Below, piece after piece: positions 42,895 through 53,351 of a stretch of 64,000 nt of DNA (the first letter of the stretch is position 1; each line of letters begins with the position of its first letter). Position numbers and translations under genes: made by a program. This DNA comes from Deltaproteobacteria bacterium (GTDB lineage Bacteria > UBA10199 > JACPAL01), in contig JACPAL010000005.1 in NCBI GenBank assembly GCA_016180855.1, forward strand, positions 52,905-116,904. Direction: 5' to 3'. Under the pieces are notes generated by a model, which saw nothing but the letters and a program-made list of their open reading frames with translations, made no database searches and was not told the origin of the DNA.

Positions 42895-44508
42895 ATGAAG
42901 ATTATTTTTCTGATAGTTCTATTGATCGGAGGAGGGTGTGCCCCTCGTCGGCTCAAGGTTTCAACCTCTCCGGTGCCGGAAAACGAGGATCTTTTTCATG
43001 ATTTTCTCCTGGCCAATATGGAGATCTACTCGTCACAACCGGACAAGGCACTGGCGCGTCTTGATCGAATACTCAATCAGGAGAAGGGTCATTATTACCT
43101 CTGGCTTAAACGGGCCAGTTTGAGGGCCTCGTTGGGTGATTTCAAAGGAGGACTCCAGGATCTTCAGAACTCCTTGACCCTTGAACCATCGAATCCCGAA
43201 TCGCTTCTCTTGCAAGGAAAGATCCATCAGAGTGAAGGGAGATTTGAAGAGGCGGCGGAGTTCTACCGACAGCTCCTCCTGCATGACCCTGATCACCAGG
43301 AGGTTCGTTATCTGCTCGTTGATGTCTATCTCGCCTCAAAAAAAAATGATCTCGCGATTCAGGTTCTGGAGGACTGGTACACCAGAGATCCCGATGATCT
43401 ACAACCGCTCTTTCATATGGCGGCCCTTTACGAGAGCCTGCTCAAGGAGAATGAAAAGGCGACTCATGTCTATGAGAGAATTTTAAAAATGGACCCGTCC
43501 AATCTTCAAGCCTTAGCCAGCTTGGCCAAGATCTACTTTGAAAAAGGAGCTGAGGATAGGGCGATGAAGGTGTTGAAGAAAGTTCGCAAGGGCGAGGGGC
43601 TCGATAGTGCGGCGCAGATGAAGATAGCCCTTATTTACTACGAGGCCAAAAAATATGATGAGGCGGTTCAGGTCTTCCGCGAAATTCTGCTTCAAAACCC
43701 AACGGACGATCGTGTGATCTACTACCTGGGGGTTATTTTAGAGAACATGAAACGATTCCGGGAGGCGCTCCAGGAGTTTGCAAAGATCCCCGAACAATCC
43801 CGTTTTTACAAGGACTCACAACTCCACCGGGCCTACCTCTTTTTTCAAGAGGGACAGAAAGGGGAGGCGGTCAGTCTCCTTCAGGCGGCTATCGGAAAGC
43901 TTCCCCACGAGTCGGCGCTCTATGAATATCTGGCAGAGATCTACAGCAAGCAGGAGCAGTTTGGCGAGGCCGTCCGGATCCTGAAAGAAGGTTTGAAAAA
44001 GGTCCCCCGTCGGGAATCCCTTCACTACAGTCTTGGGCTTGTCTATGATCGCGCTGGAAATTATCTTGAGGGGATCCGTGCGATGAAGGAGGCGTTAAAG
44101 GTCAATCCCAATAACGCGAATGCCTTAAATTACATCGGGTATACCTATGCCGACCGGGAGGTGAAGGGAAAGCTCGATGAGGCGTTGTCGTTTATCTCAA
44201 GGGCGATGCTGATCAAGCCGAATGATGGTTTTATCACCGACAGTCTCGGTTGGGTCTATTTCCGGATGGGGGATTTCGATCAGGCCTATCTCTACATCCA
44301 GAAGGCGTATGATTTGGTTCCGCAAGAACCGACGATCGCAGAGCATCTGGGGGATCTTTTTGAGAAAAAAGAAGAGAAGGCCAAGGCGCTCAGATATTTT
44401 GAAGAATCGCTTGCGATTTTGAAGAAGAACGGCGAGGATTCGAAGGTTCAAAAGGAAATTGAGCGTCTCAAGGGGAAAATTGAAAAAATTCAAAGCAGCC
44501 TGCGGTAG
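42895..44508 (+). CDS. TPR-repeat lipoprotein
   Basis: Signal/lipobox LIGGGCA followed by multiple TPR-like helical repeats. Confidence 0.65.
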   Translation: MKIIFLIVLLIGGGCAPRRLKVSTSPVPENEDLFHDFLLANMEIYSSQPDKALARLDRILNQEKGHYYLWLKRASLRASLGDFKGGLQDLQNSLTLEPSNPESLLLQGKIHQSEGRFEEAAEFYRQLLLHDPDHQEVRYLLVDVYLASKKNDLAIQVLEDWYTRDPDDLQPLFHMAALYESLLKENEKATHVYERILKMDPSNLQALASLAKIYFEKGAEDRAMKVLKKVRKGEGLDSAAQMKIALIYYEAKKYDEAVQVFREILLQNPTDDRVIYYLGVILENMKRFREALQEFAKIPEQSRFYKDSQLHRAYLFFQEGQKGEAVSLLQAAIGKLPHESALYEYLAEIYSKQEQFGEAVRILKEGLKKVPRRESLHYSLGLVYDRAGNYLEGIRAMKEALKVNPNNANALNYIGYTYADREVKGKLDEALSFISRAMLIKPNDGFITDSLGWVYFRMGDFDQAYLYIQKAYDLVPQEPTIAEHLGDLFEKKEEKAKALRYFEESLAILKKNGEDSKVQKEIERLKGKIEKIQSSLR

Positions 44509-45259
44509 TCTTGCCAGTCTTTTTCTCTTTGCTGCCTGTGCTTTAACTCCGGAAACGCGAGGTGGTGAGCCGTTATGGGCAACGCCGGAGGTCCAGGAAA
44601 GAATTGTTGAGGATCTTCAGGAACGCGAGGAGTTCATCCAGGTTTTGCGCGCCAGGGTTCTCTTTAAAAAGGGCGGACGTTCCGTCGGTCGTGGAGGAGA
44701 AGTCCTCCTTCTTGTCAAGGCCCCCTTGAGCTTTCGGGTCGACCACCTTTCCGATTTTGGCACCTTGCAACATCAGTTGTTCTCGGATGTCGGACGGCTG
44801 GGGGTCATTTGGTATCAGGAGAATCGTTATTTTGAAGGGGTCGGTGTGAGTGAGGAGTATGAGAGGTACCTTTCCCTCTCCCTGTCAACCCATGAGGTGG
44901 TTCGGTTCTTGTTGACGCATGTTCTTCTTGGAAAGTCGGAGGATTACCAGATACAGAAAACAAGAAAGGGGATGTTGCTCCTCAAGAGTTCGCGGCAAAA
45001 AATTTGGGTCGTGAAGCAGGGGGGGGATTACCTGCCGGTGCGGGTTCAGTATTTTGATCTGGAAGGGGAGAAAAGGTTTGAAGTTCAGTATGCCGATTAC
45101 GATGAGGCGGGTGAGACTCTCTTTCCGCGTCGTATCAAGGGGATTTCGGCTGGAGGGAGGGTGGAAATTCTTTTTGATGAGTTGGAGATCAACCCCTCGC
45201 TCGCCCCGCATCTGTTTGACGTTGAAATTCCAAAAGGGGCAACACGTGTCTTGCCGTAG
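44459..45259 (+). CDS. Hypothetical outer-membrane lipoprotein (LolB/DUF4292-like fold suspected)
   Basis: Signal/lipobox LFLFAACA; 50-bp overlap with the TPR gene in another frame. Confidence 0.5.
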   Translation: MSVSRGKLKKFKAACGSLASLFLFAACALTPETRGGEPLWATPEVQERIVEDLQEREEFIQVLRARVLFKKGGRSVGRGGEVLLLVKAPLSFRVDHLSDFGTLQHQLFSDVGRLGVIWYQENRYFEGVGVSEEYERYLSLSLSTHEVVRFLLTHVLLGKSEDYQIQKTRKGMLLLKSSRQKIWVVKQGGDYLPVRVQYFDLEGEKRFEVQYADYDEAGETLFPRRIKGISAGGRVEILFDELEINPSLAPHLFDVEIPKGATRVLP

Positions 45260-46838
45260 CATCGCGGGGCTTCTCTTTCTGATTTTCTGTTCGGGGGCCT
45301 GCTCCTATCAGGTTCCCAAGGAGCCGATGACGCTCGTCTGGAATCTGGGTGTTGAACCGGACACGCTGAATCCGATCACTTCGACCGACGCCTATTCCGG
45401 AAGGATCCAGAGCCTTGTGGGTGACACCCTGATCACGCGCGACAACCAGACACTTGCGTGGGTTCCGCAAATGGCGTCGCGGTGGGAAATGTCTCCTGAC
45501 CAGAGACAATTCACCTTTTTTCTCCGTGACGGAATTCGCTGGCATGACGGCGTTCCCTTGACCGTTGAGGATATTATTTTTTCCTATGAACGGATTCAGG
45601 ATCCCAAGGTGAACAGTCCTCATTTGCGTGTCTACTACAAGGATCTGATCCGCGTCGAAAAAATCAGGGAACGGGTCGTCCGCTTTACGTTTCGTGAGCC
45701 GTACTTCAAGGCGTTTGATTTTTGCGGTGAACTTCCGCTCGTTCCAAAACATCTTTTCAAGGAAGGGGAGGATTTCAACGCTCACCCGATCGGAAGGGCT
45801 CCTGTCGGTCTGGGGCCTTACAAATTTCTTGTCTGGGAGACAGGGAAGAAGGTCCTCCTCGTACGGAATGAGGATTATTGGGGAAGGGCAATCGGAAAAT
45901 TTCCGGAGATCGAGCGGATCCGCTTTGAATTTATAGGTGATGATGCCGTCGCTCTGCAGGTTCTCAAGAAGGGGGATCTCGATTATGCGGGTCTTCGTCC
46001 AATCCAGTGGGTTCGCCAAACCCAGACCCCTGCCTTTCAGGAGCGATTCCAGCGGTACGAGTTCTATACCCCCAACTACAGTTTTATCGGCTGGAATTTG
46101 AGGCGGCCCTTTTTCTCCGATCCAAAGGTCCGACGGGCGCTGACCTTGCTTGTCAACCGGGAGCAGATCCTCAAAAAGATCGACTTTGGGATCGGGCGTA
46201 TTGTAACAGGTCCTTTTTACTTCGGTGGGGCTGATTATGATGCCGAGGTGCCGGTCCTTCCGTACGCCCCGCTTGAGGCGTTACGTCTGATCGAAGAGGC
46301 GGGATGGAAGGACCATGATCAAGACGGACTTCTCGACAAGGAGGGGGTTCCGTTCCGGTTTGAATTTCTGATTCCGGCAGGCACGAAAACCTCTGAAAGA
46401 CTGGCCGGCATTCTGAAGGAGGACCTCCGGAAGGTTGGTATTCGTATGGAAATCCGTCAGGTGGAATGGGCGTTGTTCACTCAACGTCTTAACACGCGGG
46501 ATTTTGATGCCGTGGTGTTGGGATGGGGGCTTCCGTTTGAACAGGACCCGTACCAACTATGGCATTCCTCTCAGGTGGAAAAAGGCTCCAATTTTGTCGG
46601 TTACAGCGATCCGGAGTCCGATCGCTTGATTGAAAAGGCCCGGACGGAATTTGACCGCGAGAAGAGGGCAGCCCTCTACCGTGAGCTTCATCGTCGGATT
46701 CATGAGAGCCAGCCGTATACCTTTCTCTTTACGCGTCCCCATCTGATCGCGCTTCATCGTCGGTTTGAAAACACAAAGATATATCCCGTTGGTATGGATC
46801 CGCTGGAATGGAGGGTCAATCGGGAGGCCTCTTTGTAA
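45246..46838 (+). CDS. ABC transporter substrate-binding lipoprotein, family 5 (DppA/OppA-like)
   Basis: Lipobox FCSGAC; SBP_bac_5 blocks; GTG start inferred after the upstream gene's stop. Confidence 0.75.
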   Translation: MSCRSIAGLLFLIFCSGACSYQVPKEPMTLVWNLGVEPDTLNPITSTDAYSGRIQSLVGDTLITRDNQTLAWVPQMASRWEMSPDQRQFTFFLRDGIRWHDGVPLTVEDIIFSYERIQDPKVNSPHLRVYYKDLIRVEKIRERVVRFTFREPYFKAFDFCGELPLVPKHLFKEGEDFNAHPIGRAPVGLGPYKFLVWETGKKVLLVRNEDYWGRAIGKFPEIERIRFEFIGDDAVALQVLKKGDLDYAGLRPIQWVRQTQTPAFQERFQRYEFYTPNYSFIGWNLRRPFFSDPKVRRALTLLVNREQILKKIDFGIGRIVTGPFYFGGADYDAEVPVLPYAPLEALRLIEEAGWKDHDQDGLLDKEGVPFRFEFLIPAGTKTSERLAGILKEDLRKVGIRMEIRQVEWALFTQRLNTRDFDAVVLGWGLPFEQDPYQLWHSSQVEKGSNFVGYSDPESDRLIEKARTEFDREKRAALYRELHRRIHESQPYTFLFTRPHLIALHRRFENTKIYPVGMDPLEWRVNREASL

Positions 46839-47848
46839 TGAGGCAATATCTTTTAAAGAGACTCCTCCTTTTGATCCCCACCTTTCTTGGAATCACCCTT
46901 ATTACTTTTTCTATCGTTCAGTTGGCCCCTGGAAATCCTGTCTCTCTGAAGCTTCGTGAGTGGGGAGGGGAGGCTTATAAGTCAGAATTGATTTCCCAGG
47001 AGGTGATTGAGCAGACGAGAAAATTGTATGGCCTCGATCGCCCGCTGCCGGTTCAGTATCTTCTTTGGGTGAAGAGGTTTGTGACCTTCGACTTTGGAAA
47101 TTCGTACAAGGATTATCGACCGGTGATCGAGAAAATCGCTGAGGCGATCCCTTCGACCCTGCTGCTGAACCTCCTCTCTATTTTTCTCGTCTACCTGATT
47201 TCGGTTCCTTTGGGGATTGTGACGGCGCTGCGCCCGGACAGCTGGTTAGACCGGATGACGACTTTCGGTCTCTTTATGCTCTACTCGCTCCCTTCGTTCT
47301 GGGTGGCGATGATCCTCATTATTTATCTGGGAGGTGGAGAGCATTGGAATTTCTTTCCAATCGTCGGTCTTACCTCGGAGGGATTTGCAATGCTCTCCGT
47401 TTGGGGAAAAATAGGAAATCTACTCTGGCACCTGGTCCTTCCGGTCGCCGTTCTGACCTATGGGGGACTTGCCTTTTTGTCACGGCTGACTCGTGCCCAG
47501 CTACTTGAGGTGATGCGGCAGGATTATATCCGGACGGCCTATGCGAAGGGTCTTCCTCCGTCACGTGTCATCCTGAAACATGCCCTCCGAAATGCCCTGA
47601 TTCCTTTTGTCACGCTGGTTGGGACCCTTCTGCCGGCGATGATCGGAGGCTCGGTCATTGTGGAGCAGATTTTTTCTATTCCGGGCATGGGGCGTCTCGG
47701 GTTTGAAGCGGTTTTGTCGAGGGATTACCCGACGATCATGGCGATCGCCTCGGTCGAGGCCCTTTTAACAATGGTCGGAATTCTTGCCTCCGATTTTTTA
47801 TATGTAATTGTCGACCCAAGAATCAGTTTTGAGAAGATGAAGAATTAA
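46838..47848 (+). CDS. ABC transporter permease (DppB/OppB-like)
   Basis: BPD_transp_1 motif region; TAATG overlap with the SBP gene. Confidence 0.8.
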   Translation: MRQYLLKRLLLLIPTFLGITLITFSIVQLAPGNPVSLKLREWGGEAYKSELISQEVIEQTRKLYGLDRPLPVQYLLWVKRFVTFDFGNSYKDYRPVIEKIAEAIPSTLLLNLLSIFLVYLISVPLGIVTALRPDSWLDRMTTFGLFMLYSLPSFWVAMILIIYLGGGEHWNFFPIVGLTSEGFAMLSVWGKIGNLLWHLVLPVAVLTYGGLAFLSRLTRAQLLEVMRQDYIRTAYAKGLPPSRVILKHALRNALIPFVTLVGTLLPAMIGGSVIVEQIFSIPGMGRLGFEAVLSRDYPTIMAIASVEALLTMVGILASDFLYVIVDPRISFEKMKN

Positions 47849-47850
47849 AT

Positions 47851-48699
47851 ATGAGACACGATACTTATTCGTCACTCGTCTGGCACCAGTTTAAAAGAAA
47901 CCGGCTTGCCGTGGCCGGTCTCGTTGTTGTCCTGTTGTTAATGGCCGTGGCACTTCTCGCCCCCTGGCTCTCGCCTTATTCTCCAACCGCATACAATCTG
48001 GATGCGATCCTTCAACCCCCTTCGAGTGCCCACCTGTTTGGAACCGATGAGGAGGGGAGGGATATTTTTTCGCGTCTCTTGTACGGCACCCGGATCTCAC
48101 TCTCCGTCGGGATTGTTGCCGTTTCTCTCTATGTGGTCATCGGATTGATACTGGGGGCGCTGGCTGGTTATTATGGAGGGGCGGTTGATATGCTGATCTC
48201 ACGCATGATCGAGATCATGATCTGTTTCCCCACCTTCTTTCTGATCCTGGTGGTTCTCGCATTCGTCGGTCCTTCCATCTACAACATTATGATTGTTATC
48301 GGCCTGACCAGTTGGCCCGGAATCGCGCGTCTGGCGCGGGGGGAGGTGCTTAAACTGCGGAACCAGGATTTTGTTCTGGCCAGCCGTGTCGTCGGAGCCT
48401 CCTCATGGAGGATTATCTTCCGTCATCTCCTTCCAAACAGTTTGGCTCCGATTCTCGTCTCGGCGACCTTCGGCGTCGCGTCGGCGATCCTTGTTGAATC
48501 GGCCCTTTCTTTTCTCGGTTTTGGTGTTCAGCCGCCGACCCCATCCTGGGGAGAGGCGCTTTCCCAATCGAGGGATTTTATGGATTTTGCCTGGTGGCTT
48601 GCCTTCTTTCCGGGCGGCGCCATTTTTCTAACGATTACGGCCTATAATTTAGTGGGAGAGGGATTGAGGGATGCTATCGATCCAAGAATGAAGATATGA
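47851..48699 (+). CDS. ABC transporter permease (DppC/OppC-like)
   Basis: Six predicted TM helices; permease EAA-like loop. Confidence 0.8.
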   Translation: MRHDTYSSLVWHQFKRNRLAVAGLVVVLLLMAVALLAPWLSPYSPTAYNLDAILQPPSSAHLFGTDEEGRDIFSRLLYGTRISLSVGIVAVSLYVVIGLILGALAGYYGGAVDMLISRMIEIMICFPTFFLILVVLAFVGPSIYNIMIVIGLTSWPGIARLARGEVLKLRNQDFVLASRVVGASSWRIIFRHLLPNSLAPILVSATFGVASAILVESALSFLGFGVQPPTPSWGEALSQSRDFMDFAWWLAFFPGGAIFLTITAYNLVGEGLRDAIDPRMKI

Positions 48700-48737
48700 A
48701 GTTAGAATTTTGGATTTGAGATTTGTTTGGGGTTAAT

Positions 48738-49550
48738 ATGTCAAATGTCCTTCTGGAAGTTAAAAACCTCAAAACGACCTTCCACACCTCCCATGGACTT
48801 GTGAAGGCGGTTGATGGGATCAGTTTTTCAATTCCTGAGGGGGGGGCTGTTGGAATAGTCGGAGAGTCCGGTTCCGGCAAATCGATGACCGCTCTCTCCC
48901 TGCTCCGCCTTGTTCCACCCCCCGGCCATATTGCAGCGGACAGGATTTTTTTTGGCAAGGCCGGTCAATACAAAAATCTTCTTGATATCGATCCGACCTC
49001 TCTTCGTCAGCTTCGCGGAAAACAGATTTCGATCGTTTTTCAGGAACCGGCCAGCTCGCTGAATCCCGTTTTCACCCTTGGAAACCAGATTGAAGAGGTT
49101 TTTCAGCTTCATGAGCCTCGGTTGAGGCGTGACGAGAGACGTCGGAAGGTCCACGAATCTCTTGAATTGGTTCAAATCGCCGATCCAGAGAGAGTTTCCC
49201 GCTCCTATCCGCACGAGGTTTCGGGGGGGATGAAACAGAGGGTGATGATTGCGATGGCACTCGCCTGCAGGCCCGACCTCCTCATTGCCGATGAACCAAC
49301 GACCGCCCTCGATGTGACGGTTCAGGCGGAGATTCTGGAGCTTCTTCGAACTCTTCGAAAAAAACTTGGAATGGCCCTTTTGCTCATCACGCATGATATG
49401 GGGGTTGCGGCGGAGATGGTCGATCAACTCCTCGTCATGTGTCAGGGCCAGATTGTAGAGAGCGGAGAGACGGAAAAAATTTTGAGAAGTCCGGTGCACT
49501 CCTACACCCAAAGGCTCCTGGAGGTTTATGGAAGACTTGCTCGTCGTTAA
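48738..49550 (+). CDS. ABC transporter ATP-binding protein (DppD/OppD-like)
   Basis: Walker A GESGSGKS, signature VSGGMKQR, Walker B LLIADEPT. Confidence 0.85.
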   Translation: MSNVLLEVKNLKTTFHTSHGLVKAVDGISFSIPEGGAVGIVGESGSGKSMTALSLLRLVPPPGHIAADRIFFGKAGQYKNLLDIDPTSLRQLRGKQISIVFQEPASSLNPVFTLGNQIEEVFQLHEPRLRRDERRRKVHESLELVQIADPERVSRSYPHEVSGGMKQRVMIAMALACRPDLLIADEPTTALDVTVQAEILELLRTLRKKLGMALLLITHDMGVAAEMVDQLLVMCQGQIVESGETEKILRSPVHSYTQRLLEVYGRLARR

Positions 49551-50502
49551 CAATCTCGCCAAAAGTTTTCCGATCCGCAGTGGTTTTTGGGATCGGGAGG
49601 GGACGTCTGTCAAGGCGGTACGAGGGATCAGCTTCAAACTTGGTTCCGCTGAAACGCTCGGTCTCATCGGCGAATCGGGATGCGGTAAAACGACGCTGGC
49701 GCGGCTCCTGGTTCGGCTCCTTCAGCCGGAGACAGGACAGATTTTGTACCGTCACAGAGATCTCTCCCTTCTTCGGGGGAGGGAATTGAAGGAGACACGC
49801 CAAAAGATCCAGATGATCTTTCAGGATCCCTATTCCTCTCTTAATCCCCGTATGTCGGTCGGAGAGATCATTGCGGAGCCGCTCATCATTCATCGGAAAA
49901 CTACGGGGCGGGAGAGACGGGAAAGGGTCGATGCCCTTTTGAAACAGGTTGGTTTGTCATCCGACTTCTATGGCAGGTATCCGCACGAATTTTCAGGAGG
50001 ACAAAGGCAGCGAATCGGAATCGCCCGTGCGATTGCCCTCCTGCCGGAGATTATTATTGCGGATGAACCGGTCTCCTCCCTTGATATTTCCATCGCCTCA
50101 CAGGTGCTCGAACTGATGAAAGAGCTGCAGCAGAAGCATCACTTGAGTTATCTTTTTGTTGCCCACGATTTGCGTATGGTTTGCTACATGAGTCACCGGA
50201 TCGCCGTCATGTATTTGGGGAAGCTTGTAGAGACTGCCAGCCGTGATGACTTCGAGCACCCTTTGCATCCTTATTCCCAGGCGCTTGTTGAGGCAGTTCC
50301 CTCGCTCGGATTCTCTTCAAGAAGAAAAAAAATCTTCCTTTCGGGAGAGGTGCCATCGCCGGTTTCACCGCCAAAAGGTTGTTCTTTTCATCCACGCTGT
50401 CCTTATGCTAAGGAGCTTTGCCGGACTGAGGAACCTTCGTTGAAGGAGTGGAGGGGGGGACATGGGGTTGCCTGCCACTATGTTGATGAGATTAACCGTT
50501 AA
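49528..50502 (+). CDS. ABC transporter ATP-binding protein (DppF/OppF-like)
   Basis: GESGCGKTT, FSGGQRQR, IIADEPVSSLD, C-terminal oligopeptide-transporter extension. Confidence 0.85.
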   Translation: MEDLLVVNNLAKSFPIRSGFWDREGTSVKAVRGISFKLGSAETLGLIGESGCGKTTLARLLVRLLQPETGQILYRHRDLSLLRGRELKETRQKIQMIFQDPYSSLNPRMSVGEIIAEPLIIHRKTTGRERRERVDALLKQVGLSSDFYGRYPHEFSGGQRQRIGIARAIALLPEIIIADEPVSSLDISIASQVLELMKELQQKHHLSYLFVAHDLRMVCYMSHRIAVMYLGKLVETASRDDFEHPLHPYSQALVEAVPSLGFSSRRKKIFLSGEVPSPVSPPKGCSFHPRCPYAKELCRTEEPSLKEWRGGHGVACHYVDEINR

Positions 50503-50983
50503 GCTCGGTTTCCTTTTGATCGCGGTGAGCGTTCTCTCCGGTTGTGCCGGAAAGCGTCCCAAGATCAGGACGTTTGAGGCGAGGGCGGGTGATTTCATTG
50601 CCGGACACGGATTTTCTATCGGCGCCTCCTACGATCCCCGCCTGGACAAACTGGCTCCGAAACAGAAGGTCCTCACGGTTGCGATACGCAATACATCGCT
50701 CAATGTCATTCCGATGGATGCGAGAAAAGACCGTTGGTACATCGTTGATGCTCGTGGCAAGAAGCACCGGGCGGTCAACCGACTTAAAAGTATCCAGGGA
50801 AAGCGGTGGGAGAAATTGCCTGAGAGGATCAAGAGCCTCGTTGATTACCCTGAAACCGTGCCGATCGGTTACATGGTAACATTCAACCTCTTTTTCTCCG
50901 GTCCTGTCTCCCTGAAGGACTTTGAGGAGCTACACTATGAAAATGCGGCGGGACAACTTCACTTCAAGATTTACAATGAATAA
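50462..50983 (+). CDS. Hypothetical lipoprotein
   Basis: Signal/lipobox VLSGCAG. Confidence 0.5.
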   Translation: MGLPATMLMRLTVKLGFLLIAVSVLSGCAGKRPKIRTFEARAGDFIAGHGFSIGASYDPRLDKLAPKQKVLTVAIRNTSLNVIPMDARKDRWYIVDARGKKHRAVNRLKSIQGKRWEKLPERIKSLVDYPETVPIGYMVTFNLFFSGPVSLKDFEELHYENAAGQLHFKIYNE

Positions 50984-51010
50984 TTTTTTTCTCAAAAAAA
51001 GGAGACAAAA

Positions 51011-51637
51011 ATGAAAACTATTAAACCCGGACGGATCGCCTCTTTGGGTGCTATCAGCCTCATCCTCCTGTTTTTGGGGTGCGCCTCCGGCCAACGCCAT
51101 TGGGGGCAAAACCTGGATCCTGATAAGGAGTGGTGGAAGGTGGAGGGGCAGTCCTGGGATCGGAAGGATAAAATTTTTATGGTGATCGGCTATTCCAATC
51201 CCGAATGGACGGATCAGTTCGACTTAAGAAAGAGTGCCGACTTGAATGCCCGTGGTGAGGCGGCGAGCTTTATGCAAAGCCTCGTTCAGAATTACATGGA
51301 GGAGATTCGGGGCAAGAACTTTGCTGTCGGTGAATCGATGGTTAAGGCCTCCTCAAAGGAGGCCCTTCTTGGTTCCGTGATCGTCTCCCGTCACTATGAA
51401 AAGAAGCCCAAAAAATATTACTCCCTTCTCAAGGTTGACCTCAGTTACTTTTTTGGCCAAATTTACGACCGCTACAAGGAGACCGAGTCGGCTAAGTTGC
51501 GCCGTTCCTCAGAGGGCTTAAGTGGTGCGGAACTGGACCAAAAGATTGCAGAGGTAACAGCAAAAACAGTTGCTGATTTGAAGGAGATCGAGACCTCTGT
51601 TGTGGAGAAGACCCTTTCCTCGAAGGAGGGTCGATGA
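51011..51637 (+). CDS. LPP20-like lipoprotein
   Basis: Lipobox LFLGCAS; LPP20-like core (KIFMVIGYS...ADLNARGEAA). Confidence 0.5.
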   Translation: MKTIKPGRIASLGAISLILLFLGCASGQRHWGQNLDPDKEWWKVEGQSWDRKDKIFMVIGYSNPEWTDQFDLRKSADLNARGEAASFMQSLVQNYMEEIRGKNFAVGESMVKASSKEALLGSVIVSRHYEKKPKKYYSLLKVDLSYFFGQIYDRYKETESAKLRRSSEGLSGAELDQKIAEVTAKTVADLKEIETSVVEKTLSSKEGR

Positions 51638-52707
51638 AGTCGTCAACTTTCTTTTTGAGATTTCTGGCGATCGCCCTCCTTCTGATCCCTCCCGTTGCAT
51701 TGGCCAAGAAACAGCCTGACTGGATCTCCGGGGGTTCTACCAAGTATCCCGAGGAACGTTATTTCATCGGTGTAGGCGCGGTCTCCTCGGCCAAGGGAGG
51801 CAAGAAACAACAACACGAATGGGCGGGGGATCAGGCCCGTGCTGAGATCGCCAAGATTTTTAAGACCCAGGTGAGTGTGACGACGCGGGCGGAGCGGCAG
51901 GTTGAAAGTGGTGGGGAAGGGGATCAGAAAAAGTTGAATGTACAGGCGAGCCAGACCGATCTTGTGACGGCTAGTGCGAGTGAGATGCTGCAGGGGGTTG
52001 AGATCAAGGAGTATTACGAGGATAAAAAAGGGCAGAGGTTGTTTGCCCTGGCGGTACTCGATCGAGCCAAGGCGTCACGTCGCCTGGAATCTTCCATTGA
52101 ACAGCTTAAACGGGAGATGTTAACGGAGATCGAGGCGGGGCGCGCGGCCCAGGAAGAGAAGCAGTTATTTCTCTCGCTCCGACATTATCGGAAGGCGCTG
52201 GAGGTGGCCCAGGCGATTCCACCCCTCGGTGAGCATCTCTCCATTCTTCGTCCCGGTGCCCTTTCTTCTGCTGAGTCAGAGACAGATCATGCGTCAGAGA
52301 TAAAATCGGTCCTCTATGCACTTCGAAAAAGGATCCGCTTCAACCTGGAGATCAGCGGTCCGGCCGAAGGGGTCAAGATCTATCTCATTCAGGGGCTCTC
52401 CAAAGAGGGATTTCTGACCGAAAAACAGTCGTCTTCGGATTCAACCTTTGAGACCTATAGACTGGTGGGGACGACCGATCTGACCTCTCGTGGGTCGATG
52501 CCGATGGGAAGTTTTGAAGTGCAGATCTATCAGGCCGATCTCGATCTCGAAGTAAAAAACCCCCAAAATGGGGAGACACTCGGTGCCTTGACCTGGTCGG
52601 TGAGTGCCAATGAAAAGTCATCCGATCTGGCGGCCAAGTCGGCGGTTCGGGCTCTCGGACAGGCGGTGAAAGAACAGGTCGGAAAACGTTTGATGGAAAT
52701 ATTTTAA
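51634..52707 (+). CDS. LPP20-domain envelope protein (FlgP/Lpp20 family)
   Basis: PDWISGG...YPEERYFIGVGAV...GDQARAEIAKIF matches the LPP20 domain pattern; signal peptide. Confidence 0.6.
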   Translation: MKSSTFFLRFLAIALLLIPPVALAKKQPDWISGGSTKYPEERYFIGVGAVSSAKGGKKQQHEWAGDQARAEIAKIFKTQVSVTTRAERQVESGGEGDQKKLNVQASQTDLVTASASEMLQGVEIKEYYEDKKGQRLFALAVLDRAKASRRLESSIEQLKREMLTEIEAGRAAQEEKQLFLSLRHYRKALEVAQAIPPLGEHLSILRPGALSSAESETDHASEIKSVLYALRKRIRFNLEISGPAEGVKIYLIQGLSKEGFLTEKQSSSDSTFETYRLVGTTDLTSRGSMPMGSFEVQIYQADLDLEVKNPQNGETLGALTWSVSANEKSSDLAAKSAVRALGQAVKEQVGKRLMEIF

Positions 52708-52717
52708 GGAGGAACTC

Positions 52718-53329
52718 ATGATGAATCGCAACGATCTGACAAAAATCGGTCTTCTTTTCGTGATCGTTTTCTTCACTTCCTGTGCAAGTACGGGGGGGGT
52801 CTATACCAAGGGGCAGTACGTTGACGCCGACCGTGTCGACCTTCTGAGTGACAAGTTTGTGGAGGCGGACCTCCAGACAATCTCGGAACAGTTGACCCGC
52901 TCTTTCCTGACGAGTCCTCTTCTGGCCCGACAGACTGCAAAGCCGGCTGTTATTGTCAGTCTCGTTACCAATGCAACCGACGAGCATATCGATATCCTGT
53001 CGCTTACGAACAAGATTCGGACCAGTCTCATCAAGGCGGACCGCTTTACCTTCTTGAATGAGCGGTTGAGAGAGGCGATGGCAACGGAATACGAATACCA
53101 GCAGTCTGGTTATGTTAATCCCGAAACCGCGAAACAGAAGGGGCGGCAGATTGGTGCCGACTGGCTCATTTCAGGCCATATCACCTCGATCAAGCAACCG
53201 GTCGGCAAGCAGGAGATCGTCTATTACAAGACGACCCTGGAGGTGACCGATCTCGAAACCTCGGCGATTCTCTGGGCGGATGAGGTTGAGATTAAAAAGG
53301 CCTTTCAGAAAAAAAGGGTTCGTCCCTGA
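52718..53329 (+). CDS. LpoB-like lipoprotein (COG3417 family)
   Basis: Lipobox FFTSCAS; KPAVIVSLVTNATDEHIDILSLTNKIRTSL...GADWLISGHITSI...YYKTTLEVTDLETSAILWADEVEI matches the LpoB C-domain pattern. Confidence 0.6.
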   Translation: MMNRNDLTKIGLLFVIVFFTSCASTGGVYTKGQYVDADRVDLLSDKFVEADLQTISEQLTRSFLTSPLLARQTAKPAVIVSLVTNATDEHIDILSLTNKIRTSLIKADRFTFLNERLREAMATEYEYQQSGYVNPETAKQKGRQIGADWLISGHITSIKQPVGKQEIVYYKTTLEVTDLETSAILWADEVEIKKAFQKKRVRP

Positions 53330-53351
53330 TTTTTAGACCCTGTTGCCTCTC